From Antedon mediterranea (lineage: Eukaryota > Animalia > Echinodermata): a DNA stretch of 64,000 nucleotides. A program made the translations under genes and the position numbers. The notes under the pieces were generated by a model, which worked only from the letters and a program-made list of their open reading frames with translations, was not told the origin of the DNA and did not search any database. The stretch is taken from NCBI RefSeq assembly GCF_964355755.1, contig NC_092676.1, forward strand, positions 29,220,871 to 29,284,870, read 5' to 3'. This document shows positions 1 to 13,749 of this stretch, piece after piece. How positions within the stretch are numbered: position 1 is the first letter of the stretch; every line of letters starts with the position of its first letter.

Positions 1-3000
1 TTCACAAAAAAGATGGAAGAAGAGAAGAAAGTCTTTGACGAAGAACTTTTACTTAGGAAAGCTCAGAAGGAAAAAATGGAAAAAAAAGCAGCTATTCTTA
101 TCCAATCCGTCTTCAGGTCTTATAGGTAGGTAACAACTGCCATCAAAAACATTGCTTTGTGTTTATATGTTTTAAATTGTATCTTGTATTATTGTTGTCT
201 ATTTCGTGCCTAGCTTACCTGGATAAACCGACAATAGTCCTTTCACATCAAAGAGCGAGATATAACTCGAAAAGTAGAAATTTTCATTGAAAACCCCTCT
301 CCACAAATGGTATAGTCCATGAGCTATGCCCTCAGGATTCCCACAAACCTTTTATTTTATTCCCCAGTTTGAAAATGTATTTCCTTTGTTTTAATACTTT
401 CCAAATTGACAAATAAATATTATCAGTGATCAGTATTCTGTAATATAAATCATACTACAAATGTTTTATGTATTTTTAAAAAAACTGTTTACTTACAGAA
501 CAAGAAAACCATACCTGAAACGTATGCATAAAATGCTTGAAGAATTGAAAGAAAAAAGAGAACAGGATAGACAGTGTGAGATTCTTACTGAAAGAAGGAA
601 GGAAGAACAAAAGAAAAAGAAAGAAATTATGGAAAAGAAACGTAAGCAGGAGGAAGAAAGGTATGAGTGTCAGTAAGCATTTATTTCAGTATGATGTGCC
701 CATATATGGACATGATGATGTCATATCACTGCCATATTTGTGCATATCACTACCATTTTTGGGCACAACACTTTTTTTTGTCAAACTAGTTTGATAGTGT
801 AGACAGAGCTTATAATGTTGTTGTATGTATTGGAAAACTTTCTTATATTTCTTTTCAGGAAGCAAAAGGAAGAACAACTTAAGAAAGAAGAAGAAGAAAG
901 AAAAGAAGCAGAAAGAAAAAGAATAGAAAAGGAGAAAAAAGAAAGGCTTGAGAAGGAACGAATTGAACAAGAAAGACTTGAAAGTGAACGACTAAAAATG
1001 GAAGAAGAGGAAAAGGCAAGATTAGAACTAGAAAAGAGAGAAAAGGAGATTCTTGCTAAAATAAAAGCAGAAAATGAAAAGTCTAAAGAAGAAGCAAAAG
1101 AAAAGCAAAAAGAGCAAATAAATTCATTTAACAAACATGAAGAAAGTAGTGAAATTAAAGATGAAGAGTGCTCAAATGAATGCAATAGAGACAGGGAAGA
1201 AAAAGATAGTTCCAAAATGAAGCTAGATGTTGTAGAGGCTGTGACCTTAACTAAAAAAAACATTGATAAAGAATTTAGTCAGAAAGTACCAACTAGTGAT
1301 ATTTCTCCAGAATCACTAAATAAACTTCCAATCAAAACCCTTGAAACATCTTTCAAAGATATTATGGTAGCAAATTGTAAGGAATTATCACCTATAGATA
1401 ACATTGAAGAAAAACCAACTGTTGTGCAATCTAGTAATAGTAGTTCCTCTAAAGACACATCAGAGGGACTCTCCAAAAAAGCTGAAGAAACCTTTTCTAA
1501 TGTTAACAGTTTAGTTGAAAATAACAATGATGAAATACCTAGCAATGATTTGTCACATTTGTCTGGTGCTACTAATGGTTTGGAGAATGTGACTTCTGTA
1601 AAAGGATTACCAGAATTAAACTTACTGTCACCTCTTCCAGAAGCTCTTGAAGCAAAGAGGTTACAGTGGATTCAGACTTGTGTTCCCTTCAGGTAAAAAA
1701 TATTGCTTTTGTCTAGATAATTTGAATTGTTAGCGCTGCTTTACAAGTGATTGCCATAAACTAAATGTTTATTTATTTGCGTCAATATAGTAAAATTCAA
1801 AGTCAGTTAAAGGGTTCTAATCAGAAGATAGTTCAACGCCAGAAGAGACGGCCAGCATCTGCGAAAAAACTTCAACCACTCACAAAAGAGCAGATACTAG
1901 CATCTTCTTCACTACAGACATCATTAGCTGAGGTAAGTTAAAAAGTTGCAGCTTTCTCAAAATATACATCATTCATGTGCTACTGTGAATGTAATAATCC
2001 TTTTGTTTCTAAAATGCCAATAATCTGTTTTGTTTTTAATCAAGGTTACTACTGTAAGGCTAAGTGACTTGCCTGGGTGCACTCTGACCTCTTTGGATCA
2101 ATGCAGTTACTTGGTTGCTATGGAAATACATAACTGTAATCTGGTTGCGCTTGAAGGTGTAGAAAATTTGAAGAATGTTAGATACATTGATGTTACGGTA
2201 AAACACAAATGCTTTATTTTTCTATTCATTTGAAAGAAAAGTTTAATTTACAACAACTTTCACTTTTGTCTGTAATAATTAATATGTTTGAAATTTGTTT
2301 TAATCTGTAGAACAATAAAATTGAGTTCATAAATTGCAAAGAGAAAAATGATTTGTGTAGTCTCCATCTCAGCCATAATAACCTCTCCACTGTTCATGGA
2401 TTAGATGGGTGTACTGGATTAAGGAGACTAACTGTATCTTATAATAAAATTACAAAAGTTGGTAAGTATCAAACATTTTATGTGGAACATCATGACACTA
2501 ATTATACCATTGTACAGGGCCGTAGCCACCAGTATGGTTTGTAAGGTTTCAACCTGACCACTTTTTCACGTAGGCCTTTGACAACCAAGTGGCTTGAACA
2601 GAGATTGTTCTCTTTTCTTGTGAAAACCGCACCGCTTTATTTCTTGTGGCTACATGTTGTAGTTTTGTTGATTTCTGCTTGTGATTTGTATTGCAGGGTG
2701 TATTGCTTCATTTTCCAACCTACAAGTGTTGGATATGAGTCATAACCAGCTAATGACAATGCAAGGCCTGGGATCATTAGCTCTTCTCCAACAAGTTGAT
2801 CTTAGTAACAACCATCTGTCTTCCATTGAGGGCTTAGAAAACTGTTGTCTAGTAACACAATTGAACCTAGCCAGTAACAACCTTTCACAGGTTAGTATAA
2901 TGTAGTATATTGTTACAACTAGAGAATTTAAAATCCATAGCATATATGACAAAATTGTTTTGATCATTGCACCAACGACAAAGCAAAGCAAACATGGGCT

Positions 3001-6000
3001 ATCAATCGGGATGACCGATGACCAAACTATGTCTTGTTAATTAATTTGCGCATGCAGAGTTATCTAGGTTCAGACGATGACCGACAACACATCAAAACAT
3101 TTTATAAAACAGTTTTCAAGTTTCTTACATTTATTTGACAGATCCCGTCTCTCAAGAATCAAGTCCTGCTACAGAAATTAAATGTGTGCAATAATAGTAT
3201 AAGCCAGTTAGATCCTTTGTTTGATTGTTGGCTACCGTGCTTAAGAGACCTCAACATCTCTGAGAACAGTCTTGAAGAAGTACCACCTTCACTTACTGGG
3301 TTACCATATCTCAGCTTGCTGGATGTCAGACACAACTATATCTCAGGTAGTAACAAAAAATGTAATATTACCATCACCAGACACCTTTGGGCTGGCCAAA
3401 TATGTCTGCTATTCTGAATGTGTTTTTAATGGTAAAAATGAATTTGGGGCTGTTTGAAAAAAGTCTGGTATTGGGATTCTAGAGTTTCCGGTTTTGGAAG
3501 AGTTGACTGAACTTTAAATAATTAAAGATATAGTAATAATATAATATTAATGGTAGTCTTATATATCACCTAATGCAATGTTTCTAATTGTTTTACACAC
3601 AAAATTAATACATAAAATATCCTAAGATAAACCAAAAAAGGAAGATGAAGCAGAAGAACCATTTTCACCGCTTTTACGAATGACTTCTAATTGGCTATAA
3701 TTTCAATTTATTTTTAGAAGTTACAAAACTCTCTGGATTAGAGTTATTTAAGAAACTACAGAATTTGCTAATTGACGGAAATCCAGTTAAAGAAGAAAAA
3801 TCATTCAAGTAACTATACAGATTATATTTTTTTGTTTATCTTATTTTTATTGTTATTGTTGCATGTTTATAGTCATATTGTATTTTTGTGAGGGTCCCGA
3901 ATGGATGGACCACCCTCGTAAAATATCATTAAAAATAAACAAATACATTTCTGGTAAACAAAATTATTTTTTACAACAATGCATAATACAAAAACGTTTT
4001 TTATTATTTGCTTAATAATCAGAATACCAATTTATCTTTATAGATGTCATGTATTATCTTTGCTGCCACGCTTAAAGAATTTAGATTCAGAGAAAATTGA
4101 ATGTGACACACTACCAGAACATAGTGTTACTGAATTTGAGGAATCGTGTGAGTCACAAATCAGGTTCCAGGAGAATCTACATGTAAAGTGGAACAGAGAA
4201 TTTAAGTAAGTCTGGCTTTGTTTTGTTAAAATTCAATTATTTATTTTATTCATTTAATTATATACAAGTATTGTAAATAATTTGTAAATCCCCCAAATGT
4301 CATTATGTTTTATGTTTTTAAATTAATGTGTTTTTTTCAATAAATTTTTATGATAAGTAATAAGAATACAGTATTTTAAATTTACTTTTGATTTCTATTG
4401 TGTCTAGACTCTTGAAAGATCAAGGTGACCTAGAAGGGCTGCCCAAACTTGAGCAGACATACCTTAAAAAGATGGAGGGAGTAATGAAGGACCATCGCTA
4501 TATGCATGAATACGGAGACACTACAATAATTAAAGTTGTACCAGCGAATGATGATGTTCAGGTAGATCCTAGGCTCAGTAAATCAAGACCAGACGAGGGT
4601 ACAGACTGTGTGAATGTTGGACCAATTGTGGGTGAGGTGGCTTCTACTGGTCAGGTGGACCTTACAGGCCAAGTGGCTGCCAACCACACAGTTAATGCAG
4701 TGGTGTCTACTACATCAGGTGGCTCAGATAAAACTACTGGAAACAGGAGAGGATCAAGTGATTTAAGAACAGGGGTGATAACAACAAAAGCATTTGTGGA
4801 GCAAACTAAAGGGAAAAGGTACAAATTTTGTTTATTTTGGTGTTTTGTCTTTTTGTTCTCTTCCTTTTGGTTTCCACTCTTTCTCTTTATTTTTGAGCGC
4901 ATAAAGACATCGTTTATTTGCGCTATAAATCTATCTATTATTATTTATTATTACTATTTAGTATCTAACATAGTAAATAAAAGATTGTTGTTAGGAGTAA
5001 TATAATATTGAATATGGTAGTTGTTAACTTTGTGTTTTGCATCTTAATTCAGACAAACTGACCGTGCAGCCACCATCATCCAAGCTCAATGGCGTGGTCA
5101 CTGCATCAGACGCGATATCCGCAAGCACGCAGAACGATGGCTGGCAGCTGTCACTATACAGACTTTCTGGCGAGGTGATATGGCCAGTAACAGGGTCAGA
5201 GAAATAAGGAAGTGTGTTCAACAAGACAGGAATAAATACAATGCTATGCACGTAGCTGCTGTTACCATGATTCAGGTAAGTCTTTAGCTAGGCTTCATTT
5301 GAAAATAGGGAGCTTTATTTGGACCAACGACCAACCTAGGTCAGGTCAATTGATGTGTTGTTGGTTGTTGTCTGGACCTAGAAACCATCAAACCTGTGTC
5401 GAGGTGAGGAGCGAGAACACACGTCCCAATATTTCCTCATTAACACAATGAACTAACATGACATAGTTTGGTCGTTGGTCAAAAATTGAAAGCTCCCTAA
5501 TGATTTCTGGAAAGTCATTAGTCTGAACACTGTTTTAATTTAAAAGAAAAAATAGTACCAGCACTGCACTTTCCATTGCAGGCATGGTGGCATGGTATCA
5601 GAACACGGCGCTGCCTCAGGAATGCCAGACAAAAATCAGTTGTAGAGTTTGAAGATGAAGACGAACTCTACCCAGAAATTGATCTTTCAACATTTGATTA
5701 TGTCGAGGTTAGTATCATGTCTAAAGAAGAAATAATAAAACCATCACACTAGTGAGTGAATCAGATAGGATGAACCTACTCTTTGAAATATCATATGGTA
5801 CATACTTTGTAAACTTAAATTTTTAAACACTTTTTCTCATACAGAGTGACTGGAGGCCTACAGATGAACCCCAGCTTCCACAGGCCCACCCAACCTTACC
5901 TCCTTCCACTTCCCAGCACCTTCCAAGTCCACCAACACAGGAGCGACCACCAAGTAGAACAATTCGTCATGCTTGGAGAAATATCAATTCACCACAACAA

Positions 6001-8956
6001 AACAACAAAGCCTCGCCAGATGTTTTAATTGTAGAAGAAGACTCAAACATGAGTACTTACTCCGAGACGTCGAGAGATAAGAACACGCTCGCAGGGAAGC
6101 CTCCTCTACCCCCTTTATCAGGTTTAAGCGGTACTTTGAAGACGAGTAGAAGTGAGAAAGAGGAACAAATATCAGAAGAGTGGTAAGATAAAGAATCTAG
6201 GTGGATTACTGACAAAAATGACATGGCATCATTTGCTGGATATCAATGGAGATACACATTTTTTATTTTATAAAAATATTTTTTTTTATTTTTAAAAGAA
6301 AAAATTACAATGCTATGGGTATCAGTGGTCAGATCTCAATGGAGATACAAAATAAAATAAGCACTGAAAAAAAAGACAATGCTATGGGTATCAGTGGCTG
6401 GACCTCAATGGAGATACAAAATAAAATAAGCACTGAAAAGAAAGACAATGCTATGGGTATCAGTGGCTGTACCTCAATGGATACAAAATAAAATAAGCAC
6501 TGAAAAAAAATACAATGCTATGGGTATCAGTGGCTGGACCTCAATGGAGATACAAAATAAAATAAGCACTGAAAAAAAAGACAATGCTATGGGTATCAGT
6601 GGCTGGACCTCAATGGAGATACAAAATAAAATAAGCACTGAAAAAAAAGACAATGCTATGGGTATCAGTGGCTGTACCTCAATGGAGGATACAAAATAAA
6701 ATAAGCACTGAAAAAAAAAGACAATGCTATGGGTATCAGTGACTGTACCTCAATGGATACAAAATAAAATAAGCACTGAAAAAAAAAAGACAATGCTATG
6801 GGTATCAGTGACTGTACCTCAATGGAGGATACAAAATAAAATAAGCACTGAAAAAAAAGACAATGCTATGGGTATCAGTGGCTGTACCTCAATGGAGGAT
6901 ACAAAATAAAATAAGCACTGAAAAAAAAAGACAATGCTATGGGTATCAGTGACTGTACCTCAATGGAGGATACAAAATAAAATAAGCAGAAAGCTAAATC
7001 AAAATCAGTAAAGTATAACAGCTAAAGAAGTGGCAATCTTTCGGAAAGCACTATTCCTTCACCAGGCTAATCTGTAAAGTGTAGATATAGTATTATTATT
7101 AGTTTATTTAATCTTTTTCAATTAATCATGGCAATTCTGTCAATTTAATTTTCTCAGGGGCTTTAAGGATGAAAGTACAGCAGCTCTGATGATGAAAAGA
7201 GCCAGAAAGATGAAAGGAAAGAAAAAAGTTGATGGTGAGTGTCAATTTCAAGATAGTGTACAAGAAACCTTACTTTTCTTCTTAAAAACAAAGAAATGTC
7301 GGTTGTCAGCAAATCCGATTACAAATATACATAAGCGGATTACAATTTACTTGTGAACATGTCATTCCACCATACCTACATTATACCTTCAATGACTTGG
7401 CCAATTAAAAGGTTTTTGCATATTTTTGTTTAGATCCAATGCAAAGACTCAAAATGATCAAGAAATTACAAGATACTTCACGTAAACAACCGATACAACT
7501 TGCTAAGAAAGGTGTACAACGCAAAGACTATTTTCAAGGTAAAGAAATATTACTTTGTTTTTTTGTTCTTTTACTAAAGCAAATACACATTGGTTTTATT
7601 TTTTATTTAAAAAAAAAGTACCTACACAAAGTCATTCAATTAGACTACAATCTGGCCAATATTTTATCATAATAAAAACAATAAAATATATTATTTCTAC
7701 AAAAATATTTTAATAATGATTTTTATATTAAGGTCGAGCAGAAGAAGCGGCCTATCAAGAGCAGGCCCCGCAGAAGGAATTTGAAGAAAAAAACCAAAGA
7801 ACTTTTGAGTAAGTTTAGAAAACATTAATATCAGTTTTTATATAAAATTTTGAAATGAATAATTATCTACTGTATTAAAATGTTGTTTTAATTTAATTTT
7901 GCATTCTGTATTTCTTTGTGGAGAGTCTCTCAATTTTTTTTATAACATTTAGGTGATTCTGCCTCATTGATTTACTTTTGTTCTGTTTTCATCATTATAT
8001 TGTTTATGCTGATATAAATGGTATGATATGCTTTCTTTATAGATGGCTACACTCACAAGTAAATAATCCAAGTGATTCTAGACTAAAGTCCAAAAGCATG
8101 ATGGGAAGGCATGCAACGAGTGAGCCTAGCCTTCCTAGGATGAGCCCAGATGTCTTGCAAGGACGTGTTCAGTTAATTGTAAGTTCACAACAAATAACGT
8201 ATATGCCAACGTCTGAAGTTTAAAAAATGGGAGGTGGTGTTTTCTTTAGGTCAACAGCATCCTCTCTCTATTATCAAGAAGTAAGGAGTGCAGTGTGTGG
8301 CGTCACAAGCAGCATTGTGTGACAGCTATGTGAGAGGAATCCCCTTTCCTTTCAGGAAAAAATGCAGATACCATGGATTAAATATCATAAATTGGCTTGT
8401 GTGTAAGCCTTTTTGTTATATTTTGAATGCATAAAAATTCAGTTATTTTTTTGTAATCCGGGAGCACAATGTTAGGCTGGGAAATGAGTCTAAAATAATA
8501 ACAAAATTAAGAAATAATAATATTTTAATAGAAAATTGGTAAAAATGTTAAACAAACCTGTTTAAATTGTTCTATATTTTGTAGGCAAGTCCGTCAATGG
8601 ATCTGCAGTCTGTTGACAGCAAAAGTACTGTGTCTGCTTCTTCCCTTCGTCATCGTAGTCATTCATTTTCATCTCCAGATGGTGAGTGTAGTTCAGAAAA
8701 GGTTGAAAATAACTTAATATATTTCTGTTATTCAAACTATGTTTCTGTGACAATGTAAATAAATGTTAAATGTACTGTATAGTATATGCAAATAAAAGTG
8801 GGATGAACCCACGTAAGACAAAAAATAAATTTCAAATGTTTTCTTCCAGCTACCAATATTCAGCTTTTAACACTCAAAACAAAGTCAGCTCCAACTAATC
8901 ATACAAGACAACGTCTGGAAGCGAAGGCTAAAAATAGAGGCTACTACAAAAACTGA
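1..8956 (+). CDS. LRRIQ1: Leucine-rich repeat and IQ domain-containing protein 1-like; multi-exon, 5' end upstream of window
   Basis: About 20 GT-AG exons: IQ motif AAILIQSVFRSYR (exon ending 125), E/K-rich coiled coil (860-1692), LRR exons (2045-4206, e.g. LQVLDMSHNQL, LRDLNISENSL), IQ motifs AATIIQAQWRG and AAVTIQTFWRG (5053-5275), EEWGFKDESTAALMMKRA segment, TGA at 8954-8956. Domain order matches LRRIQ1. Confidence 0.85.
4844..4958 (+). mobile_element. LINE/SINE 3'-tail fragment; second copy at about 20979-21088
   Basis: ttgtctttttgttctcttccttttggtttccactctttctcttta...gagcgcata.agacatcgttta...ataaatctat followed by (ATT)n in both places. Confidence 0.65.
5307..5499. mobile_element. MITE family B copy
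   Basis: Ends tagggagcttt...aaagctcccta with inner gaccaacgaccaa/ttggtcgttggtc; related fragments at about 2996-3097 and 59038-59127. Confidence 0.7.
6307..6987 (+). repeat. About 66-bp minisatellite array, about 10 copies, in LRRIQ1 intron
   Basis: Unit caatgctatgggtatcagtggctggacctcaatggagatacaaaataaaataagcactgaaaaaaaaga. Confidence 0.95.
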
Positions 8957-9031
8957 TAACAACTGGAAGTTGTGGTAACAATTTAATCCAATATAGAGAG
9001 AGAGCCTGATATGCCTCCGTCACTCATCTTA

Positions 9032-9211
9032 AGCTCTGTCTACATTATCAAACTTACAAAAAAATGTGATGTGACCATATATGGACATTATGATGTCATA
9101 TCACTACCATATTTGGGTATACCACTACCATATTTTGGCACACCACCTACGTATTACCATATTTGGGCACATCACACTTTTTTTGTCAAGCTAGATAGTG
9201 TAGACAGAGCT
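9032..9211. mobile_element. MITE family A copy (TIR AGCTCTGTCTACACTATCAAAC)
   Basis: agctctgtctacattatcaaac...gatagtgtagacagagct flanked by TTA/TTA; partial copy follows to about 9269. Confidence 0.8.
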
Positions 9212-9815
9212 TTAAATATGACATCATCATGTCCATATATGGGTACATCACATTTTTGTAGACAGAGCTTGCCTACTAATTAGATTTTCAGATTAAAAGA
9301 CTCTAGCTTATCCATATATTTTTGACAAGAGGAACCTGATATCCTCCACTGACATTATTATCATGAGTTAGATAAAGATAATGGTGAACTAAAAAATAAT
9401 CCTATTATTCTAGTCTATAATAGTTATTTGTATGTATAAAACCTATATTATAATATAAATAAAAATAAATTAAATCTATTACTGTATGTATTTTTAAAGT
9501 TTTCACTGTGTCTATTACAATAATTATTCAAATAATTCACAATAAAAAACAATAAAATTAATTATTATTATTTGTGAAGTACGTTTTGGTTTTTTAAAAT
9601 TATATGATTTTGTTATTGTGAGCCACGTGTAAAAATAGACAGATAGTTCTGTAGTCTTTTGGACCAGATGTTATTGTGTAACATAACCTTGGTTGCGTGT
9701 AACGTCGAGTAGTCTGGATCAACAACACTACAATAATAAAACATGACGAAGAGGAAAAATTATAATACAAACAGAAACGAAATCATCTAAAATTATGGCT
9801 TAAAACTTATATAAA

Positions 9816-12729
9816 ATGGCTCGTAAAGAAATATTAAAGCTACGCTTTAATCAAGATCATGGTAAGTCTTAATATATATTATTTCACATTATTTAAATCC
9901 ATTAATTATGAATGCATTGCTAGGCTAGCTAGCTAAGCCCAGTCAGTCAGGCTGCATGCATGGGATGATTACACTGTGTGTGTGGTCAATTTTGTGGGTT
10001 TTCAGTATAGAGGCTAGGGCTAGAAGGCCTACGAGGGTTTGTAGTCAAAATGTAGATGTATACAGTAGTAGAATCGAACTACAAAACAGGTGCGAAACGG
10101 AAGTAGGCCTATCGCCGTAGAAAGAGACGGACAATTTATTTTAAAAAAAAGTTCCACAAATGTGAATAGAATAGGCAACAGCAGTAACAATAACATGTTC
10201 GGTATTGTCTTTTTTATCATATATTTTGTGATTTATCAAATCAAATACAAAACTCTGCTAATAATATTTAGTCAACATACAAAAAAACGTAGGTTCTGGC
10301 AGGCTGGTTGAAAGTTATTATAAATATTCATATTTTATTCTCCTTAATTTTAGGCTGTATGAGCTGTGCTATGGAGAGTGGAGCCAGAATATATAACATT
10401 GATCCACTCACAGAAAAACTTCACTTAGGTTAGTACAAGAAAGATCAAACCCATTTTAAATGTTTACATCTTTAGTATTTGTATGAATGAATGAATCATA
10501 TTGAATATTTTAAATATCTGACCTACAATGTTTACCATACAATTGTTTAAAATGTTTTTGTTTTTAGATGTTGATAAAGTTGGAAGTGTTAGCCAAGTTG
10601 AAATGCTAAAAAGAACCAACCTTATAGCAATTGTTGGTAGGGTAAAATGTTTTGTTATCTTTCACATGTTTTTTCAAGCTTCTGTATAACAATCTGTGCT
10701 TTATATTAAGTTTAATAATAATATTAATCTAATAGTGCACATACCCAGTGAAAGTGCTCAAGGCACCAACAACCAAATACTGTTCTCTATGCCTTGCTGT
10801 CTCATGATCTTAACCAAGATACTGATCTAGAACAACATCTAGAATTGAACTCCTGTTTTATGGTATTCGCATGTAGAATCTGCAACTTATGAACAAATTA
10901 TATTTCAAATTTTGCATTGATATTGTTGATTATATCTATTTTTTTAGGAGGTGGTTCGGTGCCGAAATTTGCTGATAACACAGTTCTTATTTGGGACGAC
11001 TATTTAAAGGAATTCATTCTGGAAATAACACTTTCAATGCCAGTGCTAGCCATGAGGATACGGGAAGACAAGTATGGAATAAATTGAGTTTTATTGAATC
11101 TGGGGAACATTTATAATATAATGTTATAAATAAATAACATTCTTACTTATTCTATTTTTTTCAGGTTAATTGTTGCACAGAGGAATAGAATCTATGTTTA
11201 TTCATTTCCTGAGAATCCTACCAAACTTGTTGCCTTTGACACCAGAGATAACCCAACTGGTACAATCATTTTAATATTTATTTAATTCAAAAAATTTATT
11301 TTCGTTTTGTTTGTTGGTACATGGTTTACATGAAAAACAACGGGATATACACAAAATATGGTATATCCTACAGGTTCTAACTGTACATAAACTATTCAAT
11401 GGGGTTTTTTTTCATTGCAAATTGTATGTAAATAAAAAATGTAAACCAACCAACCAGATTTCATTTTTACCTTGTTAAAATGACAATAATATCCTTTCGT
11501 ACAATGTAGTTTGCTTTTTGATAAATTTTGATGATTTGTTTTTTTTTAGGTATTTTGGAGATAAGTCCTGGTCAGAACCGACAACTATTGGGGTTTCCTG
11601 GCCACAAGCTTGGTAGCCTACAGCTTGTTGACCTAACCAACACAGTGCCTGGGATGTCAAACTCACCTACACTCATCAATGCACACCAAAATGATATAGC
11701 CTGCATAGCAATCAACCAACAAGGCTCATATGTGGCAACAGCTTCTACCAAGGTAAGTGCTTATCAGAAGTCAGCACTGTCAACCAAATGTAATTATCTT
11801 CTATTGGACTGGTTGGCACCACACCTCTAATGTAGAGTTTGATATCGTCAAATTCTATGCATCTGGTTCTTTGGCCCAATTACACAAGAATTTGCATGTG
11901 CAGTTGACCGTGCTTGAAAGTCAGATTGTATATTTTGTTTCTTTACAACATACAGGGCACATTAATAAGGGTATTTGACACATTAACCAAGAGTTTACAT
12001 GTGGAGTTAAGAAGAGGATCAGATCCTGCAACTTTGTATTGGTAACAAATAAATTTATATATTTAAAATGACATAACATTCTAAATCACATTATACAGTA
12101 CAATACAAATAGCCATCTCTTTCAAAGAATTTTGCTGATAGATAGTTAATTGTTAAATATCATTATTGTATTCTCAGTATAAATTTCAGTCATGATTCTG
12201 CCTATTTATGTGTTTCAAGTGATAAGGGAACGGTCCATGTGTTCGCTTTGAAAGAAACTGAACTAAACAAACGATCAACGTAAGTTACATTTAAAACATT
12301 CCTAATAGTGCATTAAGGGTTACCTTCTGCTTTCCATATTTAATTTCTCAAGTTTAATATTTGTATTATTCTATGTTTACAGTATGTATTTTCATTAAAT
12401 ATGCTGTTTTATAAATGTTACTGTTCTTGGGAAGCACTTACTTACTTACAACTGACCCGGAATATTGATCTGATTTATATTATTATTTTTTTGTTTACAG
12501 ACTCCGGAAGATAGGTTTTTTAGGCCCATATGTGGAATCACAATGGGGCTTAGCACACTTCACCGTACCAGCTGAGAGTGCTTGTATCTGTGCATTTGGT
12601 TCAGGCACGTCGGTTGTAGCAGCCTGCGTCGATGGCACCTTCCACAAGTGTGTGTTTAATAAAGACGGTAATTGCAACCGTGAAGCATATGATGTGTTTT
12701 TAGAAGTAGGAAATGATGATGAGTTTTAA
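9816..12729 (+). CDS. WDR45: WD repeat phosphoinositide-interacting protein 4 (WIPI4/ATG18 family), 9 coding exons
   Basis: [16 protein letters not shown]..., [43 protein letters not shown] (L/FRRG lipid-binding motif), C-terminus [21 protein letters not shown], closely resembling WDR45. Confidence 0.93.
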
Positions 12730-12890
12730 AGATTCTGTTTTCTAATGTTCACCAATGTATAATAGAAAAATAGCAAGCATTAATACTAGGTTAATTAGAC
12801 TACATGAAGAAAACAATTTTAATACAGCAATGTATTCTGCAAGTCGCCTTTGGCCATATTCACCAATCAAACTGAGTCTTGTTGCCTTTA

Positions 12891-13019
12891 TCTCTGTCTA
12901 CACTATCAAACTGACAAAAAATATGTGATGTGCCCATATATGGACATGATGATGTCATATCACTACCATATTTGGGCATATCACACTTTCTTTGTCAAAC
13001 TGGTTGGTGAATACAGCCT
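12891..13019. mobile_element. MITE family A copy in WDR45 3' region
   Basis: tctgtctacactatcaaac...tgtgatgtgcccatatatggacatgatgatgtcatatcactacc; right end degenerate. Confidence 0.75.
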
Positions 13020-13749
13020 TTAGTTCAAGAATCTTGTAAAATAATACACCAATGTATCATTTCATTTTTGTAAAAAAGGGGATAGAGAGCTTTTGATTTA
13101 CTACAATACAACCTGGGAACAAGCTTGATCATGTTAATTGTTTGTGTATGTAGGGACATACGTGCTTCCTCACTCTGTTTGTTTCTAGACATAGTTTTGG
13201 TGATTTTCCGCAGTACAAGCAACAACCTCCAACAAAATGCATAGGTCTGATATTGAAAGTGTTGCAAGGTGCTATTGTTTTAGTAACTAAAACTCCTTTT
13301 TGTAAATGTTACATATCAACTCGTAAATTTTATTTCTGATTCTTTTTTAACTTATATAAACTATCTTCATAATTATTAACTTTGTGAATTGAAATTTTAA
13401 CTTTTATTAATTTTGTTTACAGTAGTATATAGTTATTTTAAATTGACAACACTTGAGTTGAGCAATTGAGTTTACATTTAAGAAATAAGCGTCACTAGGT
13501 TTCTTTAATCAAATCAGTGTAGATGTTTTTTATCTCATAATATATATAAAGATTTAATTTCATTAATACTGTATAATATAATTTTGTATCTCTCTTGCTC
13601 ATGTTATACTTTTACAAATCAATATTTTGTTGTAAACGTGTTTTAACTTGCAAGTTGTGCAATAAAACCAGTGAATATTGATCTGTTGTAGAATTTTTTA
13701 ATACGTCAATTATCATTTTTTTTACATTTGGTAAACTGTCCTTTTTCAA

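Noticed and set aside
6246-6909. Repetitive ORFs (NAMGISGWTSMEIQNKISTEKK), also 40771-41442
   Set aside because: Translations of an intronic minisatellite with frequent frameshifts.
9011-9283. Recurring peptide [23 protein letters not shown] in many small ORFs
   Set aside because: All are translations of MITE family A, not a protein family.
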